From Gammaproteobacteria bacterium (GTDB lineage Bacteria > Pseudomonadota > Gammaproteobacteria > UBA4575), in NCBI GenBank assembly GCA_045105615.1, contig JBGCDS010000030.1, forward strand, positions 16,498 through 80,497: 64,000 nt of DNA, written 5' to 3'. The notes below the pieces were generated by a model that was not told where the DNA came from, made no database searches, and saw only the letters and a program-made list of their open reading frames with translations. Position numbers and translations under genes: made by a program. Shown here piece after piece: positions 39,062-47,006 of this stretch (the first letter of the stretch is position 1; each line of letters begins with the position of its first letter).

Positions 39062-39568
39062 TCAGCTGGCTTTAAAGTGTAACGCGTTGCCATTGTTGCA
39101 CCAACGTTCTCCTTTCGGTAATGGCCCATCCATAAATAAATGACCATGGTGTCCACCACAACGCGCACACTTATATGCTCTTTGTGGGGGAATCGCAGAT
39201 AGATCAGTATAAGTTACTAAATGCCCTAGAATGTGTTGTTTAAAACTGGGCCATCCAGTGTGACTCTCATACTTCATTTCTGAGGTGAATAAATCTAAAT
39301 CACAACCCTGGCATAAATAAACACCTGTTCGCCACTCCTTGTTTAAAGGGCTTGATTGGCGTATTTCTGTCTTGCCTTTTCTGAGAACATAGTAGGCATT
39401 TTCGGAGAGCTTTTGTTTCCACTCATCATCGCTTAATGTTAGCGTTTGAATGTCACTTGCTGCTGTATATAATTGTTTGCTCTTGCCTGAGAGTATTTGT
39501 AGATATACAAAACCGGTGAAGCCAAATACTCCTATTAAGAAATTTCTACGTGATTTAGATAAATTCAT
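39062..39568 (-). CDS. msrB: Peptide-methionine (R)-S-oxide reductase MsrB with twin-arginine signal peptide
   Basis: SelR domain with two CxxC zinc pairs (CQGC, CARC), GWPSF, HGHLFMDGP and the catalytic Cys in RWCNNG. The N-terminus SRRNFLIGVFGFTG matches the Tat S-R-R-x-F-L consensus. Confidence 0.88.
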   Translation of the reverse strand: MNLSKSRRNFLIGVFGFTGFVYLQILSGKSKQLYTAASDIQTLTLSDDEWKQKLSENAYYVLRKGKTEIRQSSPLNKEWRTGVYLCQGCDLDLFTSEMKYESHTGWPSFKQHILGHLVTYTDLSAIPPQRAYKCARCGGHHGHLFMDGPLPKGERWCNNGNALHFKAS

Positions 39569-39683
39569 ATGAGGTCAACTCCCAATGTTATTAAACATTA
39601 GATCGGGTATCCAGGGTGTAATCTTACAAGCTAGTTAGAGTATTATAGAGATTAATTTATTTGCAAAAACAATTTTATAATAT

Positions 39684-39983
39684 ATGAGTAATACACCAGA
39701 AGACGTTAAATCATATTTCCTTAAAATCAATCGTACGATAACGACCAGCCTGGTGGTGATCTTAATTATGATTTCAGTGATGTTTTGGTATACCAAAGCA
39801 GCTACTCTCGAGAGTTCTTCTTCTTCGATAGGTGCGGCTTTGATGATATTAGCAGTCGTATTTTATCAATTGCCTCGTGTCAGCTTCTTGATTACACGGC
39901 GTCATTTCGAGAAAGCAGATCGCAAGGGCATAGAAATTCTCGATTCTGGTTGGAAACCGTTCAGGCAATGGTTGGAATCTTGA
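39684..39983 (+). CDS. Hypothetical membrane protein (99 aa)
   Basis: ORF with two hydrophobic helices. No clear RBS and no recognisable family. Confidence 0.35.
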   Translation: MSNTPEDVKSYFLKINRTITTSLVVILIMISVMFWYTKAATLESSSSSIGAALMILAVVFYQLPRVSFLITRRHFEKADRKGIEILDSGWKPFRQWLES

Positions 39984-40136
39984 TTGTCAAAAACAACTAG
40001 TTAATATTGATTGGCTGACCGAATAGGCTTGTTTCTGGGAGTATTATCGGAATACCCACGGCCTAAATATGCATTCTATAGTAGCCTTAATAGGACCCTG
40101 AAAAAGGGTAGAAAACGGCCAATTTAGACATAATAA

Positions 40137-40487
40137 ATGGAAACTGATATGCATTATCCACGTAGTCAACGCCAACCTCTCGACGGAGAAGTGATAATAA
40201 AGCGCCCAGGTAAACCTACTTTGAAGTCTAAGCAGGGGAACTTCAGTGATGGAGGCTTATTTGTCAATCTGCCTAGCCATGACTTACAGAAAGGACGTCG
40301 TGTAGAGGTGATACTGGTACGGGAAAACGGAACAGTTCGGGATATGCAAAGAATGTCGGGTATTGTGATTAGGATCGACGATGAGGGCGTTGCTATGGTT
40401 ACTTATAAAGCCGATCAATTGCGCCGAGGCGATGCTGAGGATGCTAGCCCAATTAGTATTAGATCGAATATGCCTGAAACCTCGTAA
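40137..40487 (+). CDS. Single-domain PilZ (c-di-GMP binding) protein
   Basis: RSQRQ (RxxxR) followed by NFSDGG ((D/N)xSxxG) at canonical spacing. 116 aa. Confidence 0.75.
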   Translation: METDMHYPRSQRQPLDGEVIIKRPGKPTLKSKQGNFSDGGLFVNLPSHDLQKGRRVEVILVRENGTVRDMQRMSGIVIRIDDEGVAMVTYKADQLRRGDAEDASPISIRSNMPETS

Positions 40488-40574
40488 ACGGTCGATTTCG
40501 ACCGATGACGTGTAAAGCAATTTTTCTACTTCACACTATAATTAACCCTGTAGTTTCTCTCCTTCTGAAGCTGG

Positions 40575-40605
40575 CCCGCAGTAATTTATTATTGCGGGTT
40601 TTTTT
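40575..40605 (+). terminator. Rho-independent terminator
   Basis: CCCGCAGTAAT-TT-ATTATTGCGGG followed by TTTTTTT, about 90 nt after the PilZ stop. Confidence 0.75.
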
Positions 40606-40720
40606 ATGCCTGCTGTATAGTCTCTGTATACCTGATATTAATCTTAAGCTTGTCCCTCAGGCGCTCAAGTGATTGAATGTGGTCCCGAAGTTACTTCTAG
40701 ATATAACAGGTCTAATTCTT

Positions 40721-41092
40721 ATGAAATCGTTGTTGTTAGTTGCACATGGCAGTCGCCGTGCTGAATCAAATGCTGAAATTGCCGTTGTTGCTAAGTCTTT
40801 GAGTGAGAGAGTTAAAGGAAATTATGCTCGAACAGGCTATGCATTTTTAGAACTGGCCGAACCATCTATCCCAGAGGGTATTGATACACTAGTTAAAAAT
40901 GGTGCGACTGAAGTGACGATACTTCCATACTTTCTGTCCGCAGGGCGTCACGTACATGAAGATGTGCCTGAAATCGTTAATCTGAAACAAGAAGAAATGA
41001 AGGATGTAAAGATACATATCGCACCTTATATTGGCGAAGCAGTAGAAATGATAGATGTGTTAGTGGCTATCTCTGAGAGTGGCAAAAAATAG
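40721..41092 (+). CDS. cbiX: Small CbiX/SirB-type sirohydrochlorin chelatase
   Basis: LLLVAHGSRRAESN and ILPYFLSAGRHVHEDVPE motifs. ATG 40721 (MKSLLLVAHG) is preferred over the TTG at 40673. Confidence 0.8.
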   Translation: MKSLLLVAHGSRRAESNAEIAVVAKSLSERVKGNYARTGYAFLELAEPSIPEGIDTLVKNGATEVTILPYFLSAGRHVHEDVPEIVNLKQEEMKDVKIHIAPYIGEAVEMIDVLVAISESGKK

Positions 41093-41097
41093 CAATT

Positions 41098-41904
41098 TTA
41101 TTTGCTTGTCAGGCTATTCTGCTCAGTGATAATAAGCGATACCTGACTACGGTTTAGCCAGTCAGATAGGTAAGTTACTGCTACTTTACTGACTTCTTCT
41201 TCAGGATGATATGAAAGCAGATTTTCGCATACATCACTTAATGATCCTCCTTTTAAGAAAATGTTTATTGATTCTAGTTCACTTATTTCAAGTGATCTAA
41301 ACTCAGTGACTCTTTGCGCATTTCTCCAAATAACCCAGGTGGAGTCATCGCATTGTTGCACGTCAGGTGGAGATTGTTGTTGTTTCAGTGCTTGCCAGAT
41401 TTCAACACAGTTATAATTGTTTTGAAATAATTGCAAACTGGGATGAAAACGGATTTTAATGTTGGGCCAATCTTCAATCGATAATTTACTTAGATCAAAC
41501 ATGCTTGCGGCTGTAGAGTCGTTGGCATCGAATGCAAATAATAGTGTTTGCTCAAATCGTGCAAGTTCTGCAATCACTGGATATTGATTAAAGGGCGGAT
41601 TGTTTTTTAAATAATCAGGTACATTGCTGCAAAATTCGCGTAATGAAGTGTGATTTGAAGGGTAGGCGTCAATGTATCCTTCTACTAACTGATCAAATAA
41701 TTCGTCACCAAGATAATAGCTTAAGATTTGATGATCAGTATCGATTACTCCACGCAAGCGAACCGTGTAAGCATTGCTATAAATATTAAGCCGCGTCTGT
41801 TTGTCGATCGGGCCGCCATCTTTAATGTAGTCATCAACTTGTTGCTTTTTATGAACTAGATAGTTGATTAAATCTGACTGTAAGGCTCGTAAGTCTGGCA
41901 TCAA
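41098..41904 (-). CDS. DUF2063 family protein (BufC/HvfC-type partner of MNIO enzymes)
   Basis: 268 aa. RLNIYSNAYTVRL...YLGDELFDQLVEGYIDAYPS matches the DUF2063 N-terminal pattern as I recall it. Starts 12 nt after the upstream DUF692 gene. Confidence 0.75.
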   Translation of the reverse strand: MMPDLRALQSDLINYLVHKKQQVDDYIKDGGPIDKQTRLNIYSNAYTVRLRGVIDTDHQILSYYLGDELFDQLVEGYIDAYPSNHTSLREFCSNVPDYLKNNPPFNQYPVIAELARFEQTLLFAFDANDSTAASMFDLSKLSIEDWPNIKIRFHPSLQLFQNNYNCVEIWQALKQQQSPPDVQQCDDSTWVIWRNAQRVTEFRSLEISELESINIFLKGGSLSDVCENLLSYHPEEEVSKVAVTYLSDWLNRSQVSLIITEQNSLTSK

Positions 41905-41916
41905 GGCTTTTTAGTT

Positions 41917-42756
41917 TCAAACAGAGGTTAACGCTAAGGTTTGTTGGGCAATATCACGTGCATACTTCATTTCTGCATGCAGATCTTCAAATGGCGGAAT
42001 ATTGTCATCTCTTTCAATTAAAGTGCTAACAAAGCCAAATTTCTTAACAGCATCAGCATATAAGTCCCATACTGCAGGAGGGACATCATGATCATGTGTA
42101 TCAATTACATAATCGCCGTAATCACTATGACCGGCTAAATGAAATTGTTGGATATGTTCGGGCTTGATCGCATGTAAAAATGTTTGTGCAGAAAAACCAT
42201 GGTTTCGTGAACTGACATAAATATTGTTAATGTCTAACAATATTTTGCAGCCGGCACGATCTGCAATGGTATTAATGAAATCCCATTCTTCCATGTCTGA
42301 TTGATTGTAAGTGAGATAGCTAGAAACATTTTCTAGGACTAATGTTCTACCTAATATTTCTTGTACCTGTTGAACGCGGTCAACAATGTGTGTAATCACT
42401 TCGTCGTTGTATGGAACCGGTAATAAATCATGACTGTTTAGACCTTCTGCGCCTGTCCAGCATAAATGATCAGATACCCATTCGGGTTGTACTTCGGAGG
42501 ATAACGTTTTTAGTTTTTTTAAATAATCCATATTTAATGGATCAGTGCTGGCGATCGACAACGATACACCATGCATCACAATAGGGTAATTTTCTCTTAC
42601 TGAATGGAGGAAGTACTTAGGCTTGCCTCCTGCAACCATAAAGTTTTCTGAAATGACTTCGAACCAGTCAACGTCAGGTCGATTATCGACAACATGTTGA
42701 TAGTGGTCAGTGCGAAGTCCTACGCCAAATCCAAGAAAATTATTATTCATGATCAT
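41917..42756 (-). CDS. DUF692 / MNIO (multinuclear non-heme iron-dependent oxidase) family enzyme (BufB/HvfB/MbnB-like)
   Basis: 279 aa. N-terminal FLGFGVGLRTDHY, then WFEVISENF, HGVSLSI and LIERD, as in the UPF0276/DUF692 TIM-barrel proteins. Confidence 0.85.
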   Translation of the reverse strand: MIMNNNFLGFGVGLRTDHYQHVVDNRPDVDWFEVISENFMVAGGKPKYFLHSVRENYPIVMHGVSLSIASTDPLNMDYLKKLKTLSSEVQPEWVSDHLCWTGAEGLNSHDLLPVPYNDEVITHIVDRVQQVQEILGRTLVLENVSSYLTYNQSDMEEWDFINTIADRAGCKILLDINNIYVSSRNHGFSAQTFLHAIKPEHIQQFHLAGHSDYGDYVIDTHDHDVPPAVWDLYADAVKKFGFVSTLIERDDNIPPFEDLHAEMKYARDIAQQTLALTSV

Positions 42757-42815
42757 TCTTTTGAAACACGGGAAGCGACTAGCACTCCCCGTGATATCGG
42801 AGTATTGGTGATAAA

Positions 42816-43286
42816 TTAAGCGCCTACTTTGCCGCCAACATCACCACAAGATTTCTCTGTGGTAGCAACAAAACCCTGGCCTTTGCATGATGCTTGACCA
42901 GCGCATGAGTTTTCAGCAGTACCGCAATCATTGTGGCCTTTACAAGTGTTTATGCCATAGCAGTGGATTAAATCAGTTTTTGCAATTTCACCAACCCAGT
43001 CATCTTTAACTGTGCCGCCAATATCGCCACATGCTTTGCTTGGTGCAGCAACAAAGCCGCTTCCTTTACAAGATGCTTGTCCGCCACATGAATTGTCAGC
43101 AGTGCCACAATCGTTATGACCTTTGCATACGTTGACGCCATAGCAATGAACTAAATCTGTTGTATTAGCTGAAGCTGAAGCAACTTCAGCAGTTTCAGAT
43201 GTTGTTTGACAACCGCTGATGATTCCAGCTGCTGCTAGTGCTAATGCAACGCCAGTCATTTTTGGAGCAAGTTTTAAGTTTTCCAT
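42816..43286 (-). CDS. Secreted 12-Cys RiPP precursor-like lipoprotein (bufferin/DUF2282-like, tandem 6-Cys modules)
   Basis: 156 aa. Signal peptide with lipobox IISGC (Cys26). Two 51-aa repeats (residues 43-93 and 104-154) share 39 of 51 identical residues. Each has the pattern HCYG.N.CKGHNDCGTA.NSC.GQASCKG.GFVA....CGD.GG.V. AAGGAA RBS. First gene of the operon. Confidence 0.75.
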   Translation of the reverse strand: MENLKLAPKMTGVALALAAAGIISGCQTTSETAEVASASANTTDLVHCYGVNVCKGHNDCGTADNSCGGQASCKGSGFVAAPSKACGDIGGTVKDDWVGEIAKTDLIHCYGINTCKGHNDCGTAENSCAGQASCKGQGFVATTEKSCGDVGGKVGA

Positions 43287-43432
43287 GATTGATTCCTTAT
43301 GTTAAATCTCTATAAAATATGAAGTGAGTATAAGTAGGGTAACTATTTGAAAGCAGCATTTTTTAGGCTGTATCTTGGTGTTACTAGATACAAGACCTTA
43401 GTAATGTGGCGTTAATTACAAAATAATTTAAT

Positions 43433-44134
43433 TTATTTTAATAATTCTTTAGAGGTGATGGGGTGGTAAGGAGTATTCCGTGTTTTATCATGGGTATGCA
43501 TGCGATATTCAACAAAATCACTGCATTTATGGAAGTGTAAGAATGGATTGCCACTGATTTGTTCGCTCAGATGTGAGGTCGATTGATTGGCATAATTATG
43601 ACCAGGATGAATGACGGTGTCAGGATCAAGATTGCTTTTCATCTTTTTTAATGTGGAAAACATTTGCTCAGGGTCGCCGCCCTGTAAGTCGCATCGACCG
43701 CATCCGAATACAAATAATGTATCACCAGTAATGATATCATTGTCGAGTAAATAGCATGCTGATCCAGGAGTATGTCCAGGAGTATGCAAGACAGATATTT
43801 CTGTATCGCCAATATTAAGTGTATCGCCACCGTAATGTAGCGATGGCTTACTTAAATTCTCATCCCAAAAATCTGCTTCTTCTTTTAGTAAATGTAACTG
43901 TGGGTCCGAGTGGTTGAGGATCTCCTCTACACCGTTGATATGATCGTGGTGACTATGGGTGAGTAACACATCAGTAATAATGATGCCTTTTGACTGTGCC
44001 TGTTGAATGATTTTACAAACATCCCAAGCCGGATCAACAACAGCCGCCTGTTTGGTCCTAATATCAGTAATTAAATAGACGAAATTTTCCATTGGTCCTA
44101 GTTCCAAGGAGTTAATTTCATATGTCTTATTCAT
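43433..44134 (-). CDS. MBL-fold metallohydrolase (glyoxalase II / YcbL / persulfide dioxygenase-like)
   Basis: THSHHDHINGV metal motif and GDTLFVFGCGRCDLQGGD. ATG 44134 (MNKTYEI, GGAG upstream) is preferred over the track start 44320, which would overlap the divergent mug gene. Confidence 0.8.
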   Translation of the reverse strand: MNKTYEINSLELGPMENFVYLITDIRTKQAAVVDPAWDVCKIIQQAQSKGIIITDVLLTHSHHDHINGVEEILNHSDPQLHLLKEEADFWDENLSKPSLHYGGDTLNIGDTEISVLHTPGHTPGSACYLLDNDIITGDTLFVFGCGRCDLQGGDPEQMFSTLKKMKSNLDPDTVIHPGHNYANQSTSHLSEQISGNPFLHFHKCSDFVEYRMHTHDKTRNTPYHPITSKELLK

Positions 44135-44220
44135 AGCATTGCTCCAATAGGTCGACATGTAAAATGTATCATGGTCTATGGGTATATAATGTAAAAGATA
44201 CTGATTTAAAATACAAAGAA

Positions 44221-44763
44221 ATGGATGACGCAAGTAATAATGAAATTTCTCTGCCAGACTATATTGATCATGGCTTGAAAATTTTATCGGTAGGCTTGAA
44301 TCCATCAATGCCATCAGCACAGTTAGGTTTTTACTTTGCTAATCCTCGCAATCGATTTTGGAAAGCATTCAATCAAGCCGGCGTGATTGGTGTGGAAGTG
44401 ACGCCAACTAAGAATATTCATCAACAGTTACTAGAAAAATATGGTATTGGTTTCACTGATGTGGCTAAACGCGCAAGCTCGATGGGGCATGAGTTGCGAG
44501 CGGCCGATTTTAAGAGAGATGCTCCTGTGCTACGTGAGAAAATAGAGCGTTATAGGCCTGAGTTAATATGGTTTCACGGTAAAGTGGCGATGAGCAAGTT
44601 TATGTATTATTCCTATGGCGTGCGGCAAGATTGGCAATGGGGGTTTAATAGTATTGATGCTATGAGGTCAAGGGTGTTTATCAGTCCAAATCCAAGTCCT
44701 GCGAATGCGGCTTATAGCCTTGATGTGCTAGTGGGTTATTATAAAAAACTTAAATCCAGATGA
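44221..44763 (+). CDS. mug: G:T/U mismatch-specific uracil-DNA glycosylase (Mug family)
   Basis: ILSVGLNPS, ANPRNRFW and SPNPSPANA motifs. ATG 44221 is preferred over 44164. Confidence 0.8.
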   Translation: MDDASNNEISLPDYIDHGLKILSVGLNPSMPSAQLGFYFANPRNRFWKAFNQAGVIGVEVTPTKNIHQQLLEKYGIGFTDVAKRASSMGHELRAADFKRDAPVLREKIERYRPELIWFHGKVAMSKFMYYSYGVRQDWQWGFNSIDAMRSRVFISPNPSPANAAYSLDVLVGYYKKLKSR

Positions 44764-44816
44764 ACCTTCAAGTTAGTTCAATATCATATATACATATAAT
44801 ATAAGGTTAGACAGGC

Positions 44817-45176
44817 TTGAAGATATATTTTCAATTAATTCTGATTACGATGATATTGCTATCATTGTTTTTATCGCTGTCCTCTTCGGGGCATTCGGTT
44901 CCTGTCGCGTGGAATGATAAACTGATTCATTGTGTTAGTTATTTCTTTCTAATGATGATGCTAGATTTCTCTTGGGAATCTAGTAAACAGCTGCTAATTA
45001 AAGCGGTGATAATATTAATCTATAGTGGCTTGATTGAATATGCACAGGGTTTTATACCAGGAAGAGATACCTCATTGGCCGATATTGCTGCTAACGGAAT
45101 AGGGGTGATGTTATTTATTGCCTGTGTGCCAATATTAAAGCGCATGAATGTCTATCAAATATTAAAGCTTATATAA
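44817..45176 (+). CDS. VanZ-family membrane protein
   Basis: 119 aa. Four hydrophobic helices and a VanZ-like EYAQGFIPGRDTSLADIAANGIG segment. The start is uncertain (TTG 44817 or ATG 44850). Confidence 0.65.
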   Translation: MKIYFQLILITMILLSLFLSLSSSGHSVPVAWNDKLIHCVSYFFLMMMLDFSWESSKQLLIKAVIILIYSGLIEYAQGFIPGRDTSLADIAANGIGVMLFIACVPILKRMNVYQILKLI

Positions 45177-45200
45177 ATTAAGAGATAATGAGTCAATAAA

Positions 45201-45689
45201 ATGTATCGAATATTAAATTTATCGATTGTAGGTATTGTCATCGCTTCAATGTTATTTGCGCTTTACTACTTGGAGGGAGTGCTGTTTTTGGAGCCATGTC
45301 CTCTTTGTATGGTGGACAGGGCTATTTTAGTTGCGATTGCAATAGTATGTTTGATTGCATTTGTGCATAACGCGAATGGAATAATGCGTTGGGTTTACAC
45401 TAGTTTAGCTACCTTGTTAAGTTTGATTGGTTTGGGTGTGGCGGCACGCCATATCTGGTTACAAGGCCTACCGCCTGACCAGGTGCCAGAATGTGGTCCT
45501 GATTTAATGTTTATGTTGGACGTATTTCCGTTGGCAGATGTCATAAAACGTATATTTACCGGGTCTGGTCAGTGTGCAGAGGTGAGTTGGACCTTTTTAG
45601 GCATGACAATTCCTCAGCAAACCCTATTATTATTTGTTGTATTGCTCGTCTTAGTGATCGTCGCTCATATGCAATCTGAAAAACGCTAA
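45201..45689 (+). CDS. dsbB: Disulfide bond formation protein DsbB
   Basis: 162 aa with four TM helices. First periplasmic loop EPCPLCMVDR. Second Cys pair (PECGPD...GQCAEV). Confidence 0.88.
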   Translation: MYRILNLSIVGIVIASMLFALYYLEGVLFLEPCPLCMVDRAILVAIAIVCLIAFVHNANGIMRWVYTSLATLLSLIGLGVAARHIWLQGLPPDQVPECGPDLMFMLDVFPLADVIKRIFTGSGQCAEVSWTFLGMTIPQQTLLLFVVLLVLVIVAHMQSEKR

Positions 45690-45784
45690 TGGCTCATCAA
45701 TCATTGAATAAAACTTAGCGTTAAAATTTAATAATAGATATAATTTAACCTTAGTTTTAGCGTGTTTTAAAAATTGATTGAACT

Positions 45785-46948
45785 ATGAGTACTCGTACAT
45801 TGGAAGTAAAGAAAACTCACCCGCGAACAACAGCGGCAACTAAATTTGTTACCCTAAGAGGTGATTACGGCACTGGCGATTTTGTCATGCACCGTGGTGG
45901 AGTGCTAAAAGAGGTAGTGGTTGCCTACGAGTCTTGGGGAACCTTATCCGATAATCATGACAACGTCGTGTTGGTGTTTGGTGGTCTTTCTCCTTCGGCC
46001 CATGCCTGTTCTTCTGAGCTAGATACCAGTAAAGGCTGGTGGGAGTATATGATTGGGCCAGATAAACCCATTGATACAAATAAATACTATGTGGTCTGCG
46101 TCAATACTTTAGCAAGTTGCTTTGGCTCTACTAGTCCTTCGTCTATTAATCCTGATACCGGCAAAATATATGGACTAGATTTCCCCGATCTTAGTATCGA
46201 AGACGTTGCTAAGTCAGCCCATCATGCATTATTAGATTTAGGTATTGATCATTTACACACCGTTGTCGGTAGTTCAATGGGTGGCATGTCAGCATTAGCC
46301 TATGCGCTAATGTATCCACAAGAAGTGGATCACTTGATTTCTATTTCTGCAGCGACTCGTGCATTACCATTTACTATTGCCGTACGTTCTTTGCAGCGTG
46401 AAATTATTCGTTGCGATCCAGATTTTAAAGATGGTTTATATGACCCTAATGAGGTGCCTGCTAATGGAATGGTGTTGGCACGTAAATTAGGCCTCATGTC
46501 CTATCGTGCTGCTGAAGAATGGCATCAACGCTTTAACCGCGCACGTGTCAGTGCAGATCGAAAGTCAGAAGATCGTTTTGGTATTGAGTTTGAGGTCGAA
46601 TCATATTTGGATTACAACGCGCATAAATTTGTAAAAACATTTGATGCCAATAGTTACCTGTATTTGTCTAGAGCAATGGATTTATTTGATGTTGCAGATC
46701 ATGGTGGTTCTGTTAATGCAGGGCTAGCGATGATTCAGACTAAAAGCGCGTTAGTCATTGGTGTAGAAACAGATATTTTATTCCCAGTTCACCAGCAACA
46801 AGAAATTGCTGATGGCATACGTAAAGCCGGCCGTGCGGCTGAGTTTGTTCAGCTTAATTCGATTAATGGGCATGATTCATTTTTAGTTGATGAAGCGCAT
46901 TTCGCTCCAGTGATGCGAAAGTTTTTTGAGCAAAACGCTAACCCATAA
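45785..46948 (+). CDS. metX: Homoserine O-acyltransferase MetX (acetyl or succinyl specificity not resolvable)
   Basis: 387-aa alpha/beta hydrolase. Nucleophile elbow GSSMGGM and a C-terminal GHDSFL motif. Confidence 0.88.
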   Translation: MSTRTLEVKKTHPRTTAATKFVTLRGDYGTGDFVMHRGGVLKEVVVAYESWGTLSDNHDNVVLVFGGLSPSAHACSSELDTSKGWWEYMIGPDKPIDTNKYYVVCVNTLASCFGSTSPSSINPDTGKIYGLDFPDLSIEDVAKSAHHALLDLGIDHLHTVVGSSMGGMSALAYALMYPQEVDHLISISAATRALPFTIAVRSLQREIIRCDPDFKDGLYDPNEVPANGMVLARKLGLMSYRAAEEWHQRFNRARVSADRKSEDRFGIEFEVESYLDYNAHKFVKTFDANSYLYLSRAMDLFDVADHGGSVNAGLAMIQTKSALVIGVETDILFPVHQQQEIADGIRKAGRAAEFVQLNSINGHDSFLVDEAHFAPVMRKFFEQNANP

Positions 46949-46952
46949 AAAA

Positions 46953-46983
46953 AGCCCCAGTGATTATAAACACTAGGGCTTTT
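46953..46983. terminator. Bidirectional hairpin terminator between metX and gltA
   Basis: AGCCCCAGTG-8 nt-CACTAGGGCT (one mismatch), flanked by an A-run upstream and TTT downstream. Confidence 0.65.
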
Positions 46984-47006
46984 AATAATGCTCTTGCTAG
47001 TAGTGA

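Noticed and set aside
40537-40605. A possible tiny sRNA: a TATAAT hexamer at 40537-40542 followed about 35 nt later by a strong terminator.
   Set aside because: There is no acceptable -35 element. The terminator is explained more simply as the end of the PilZ transcript.
43287-43432. I looked for an ECF-type promoter (GGAAC-N16-CGT-like) upstream of the RiPP precursor that could tie it to the ECF sigma at 35660.
   Set aside because: By eye there is only a TATACT -10-like hexamer with a poor -35, and no motif shared with the region upstream of the sigma gene. The regulatory link is therefore kept as a hypothesis and not called as a feature.
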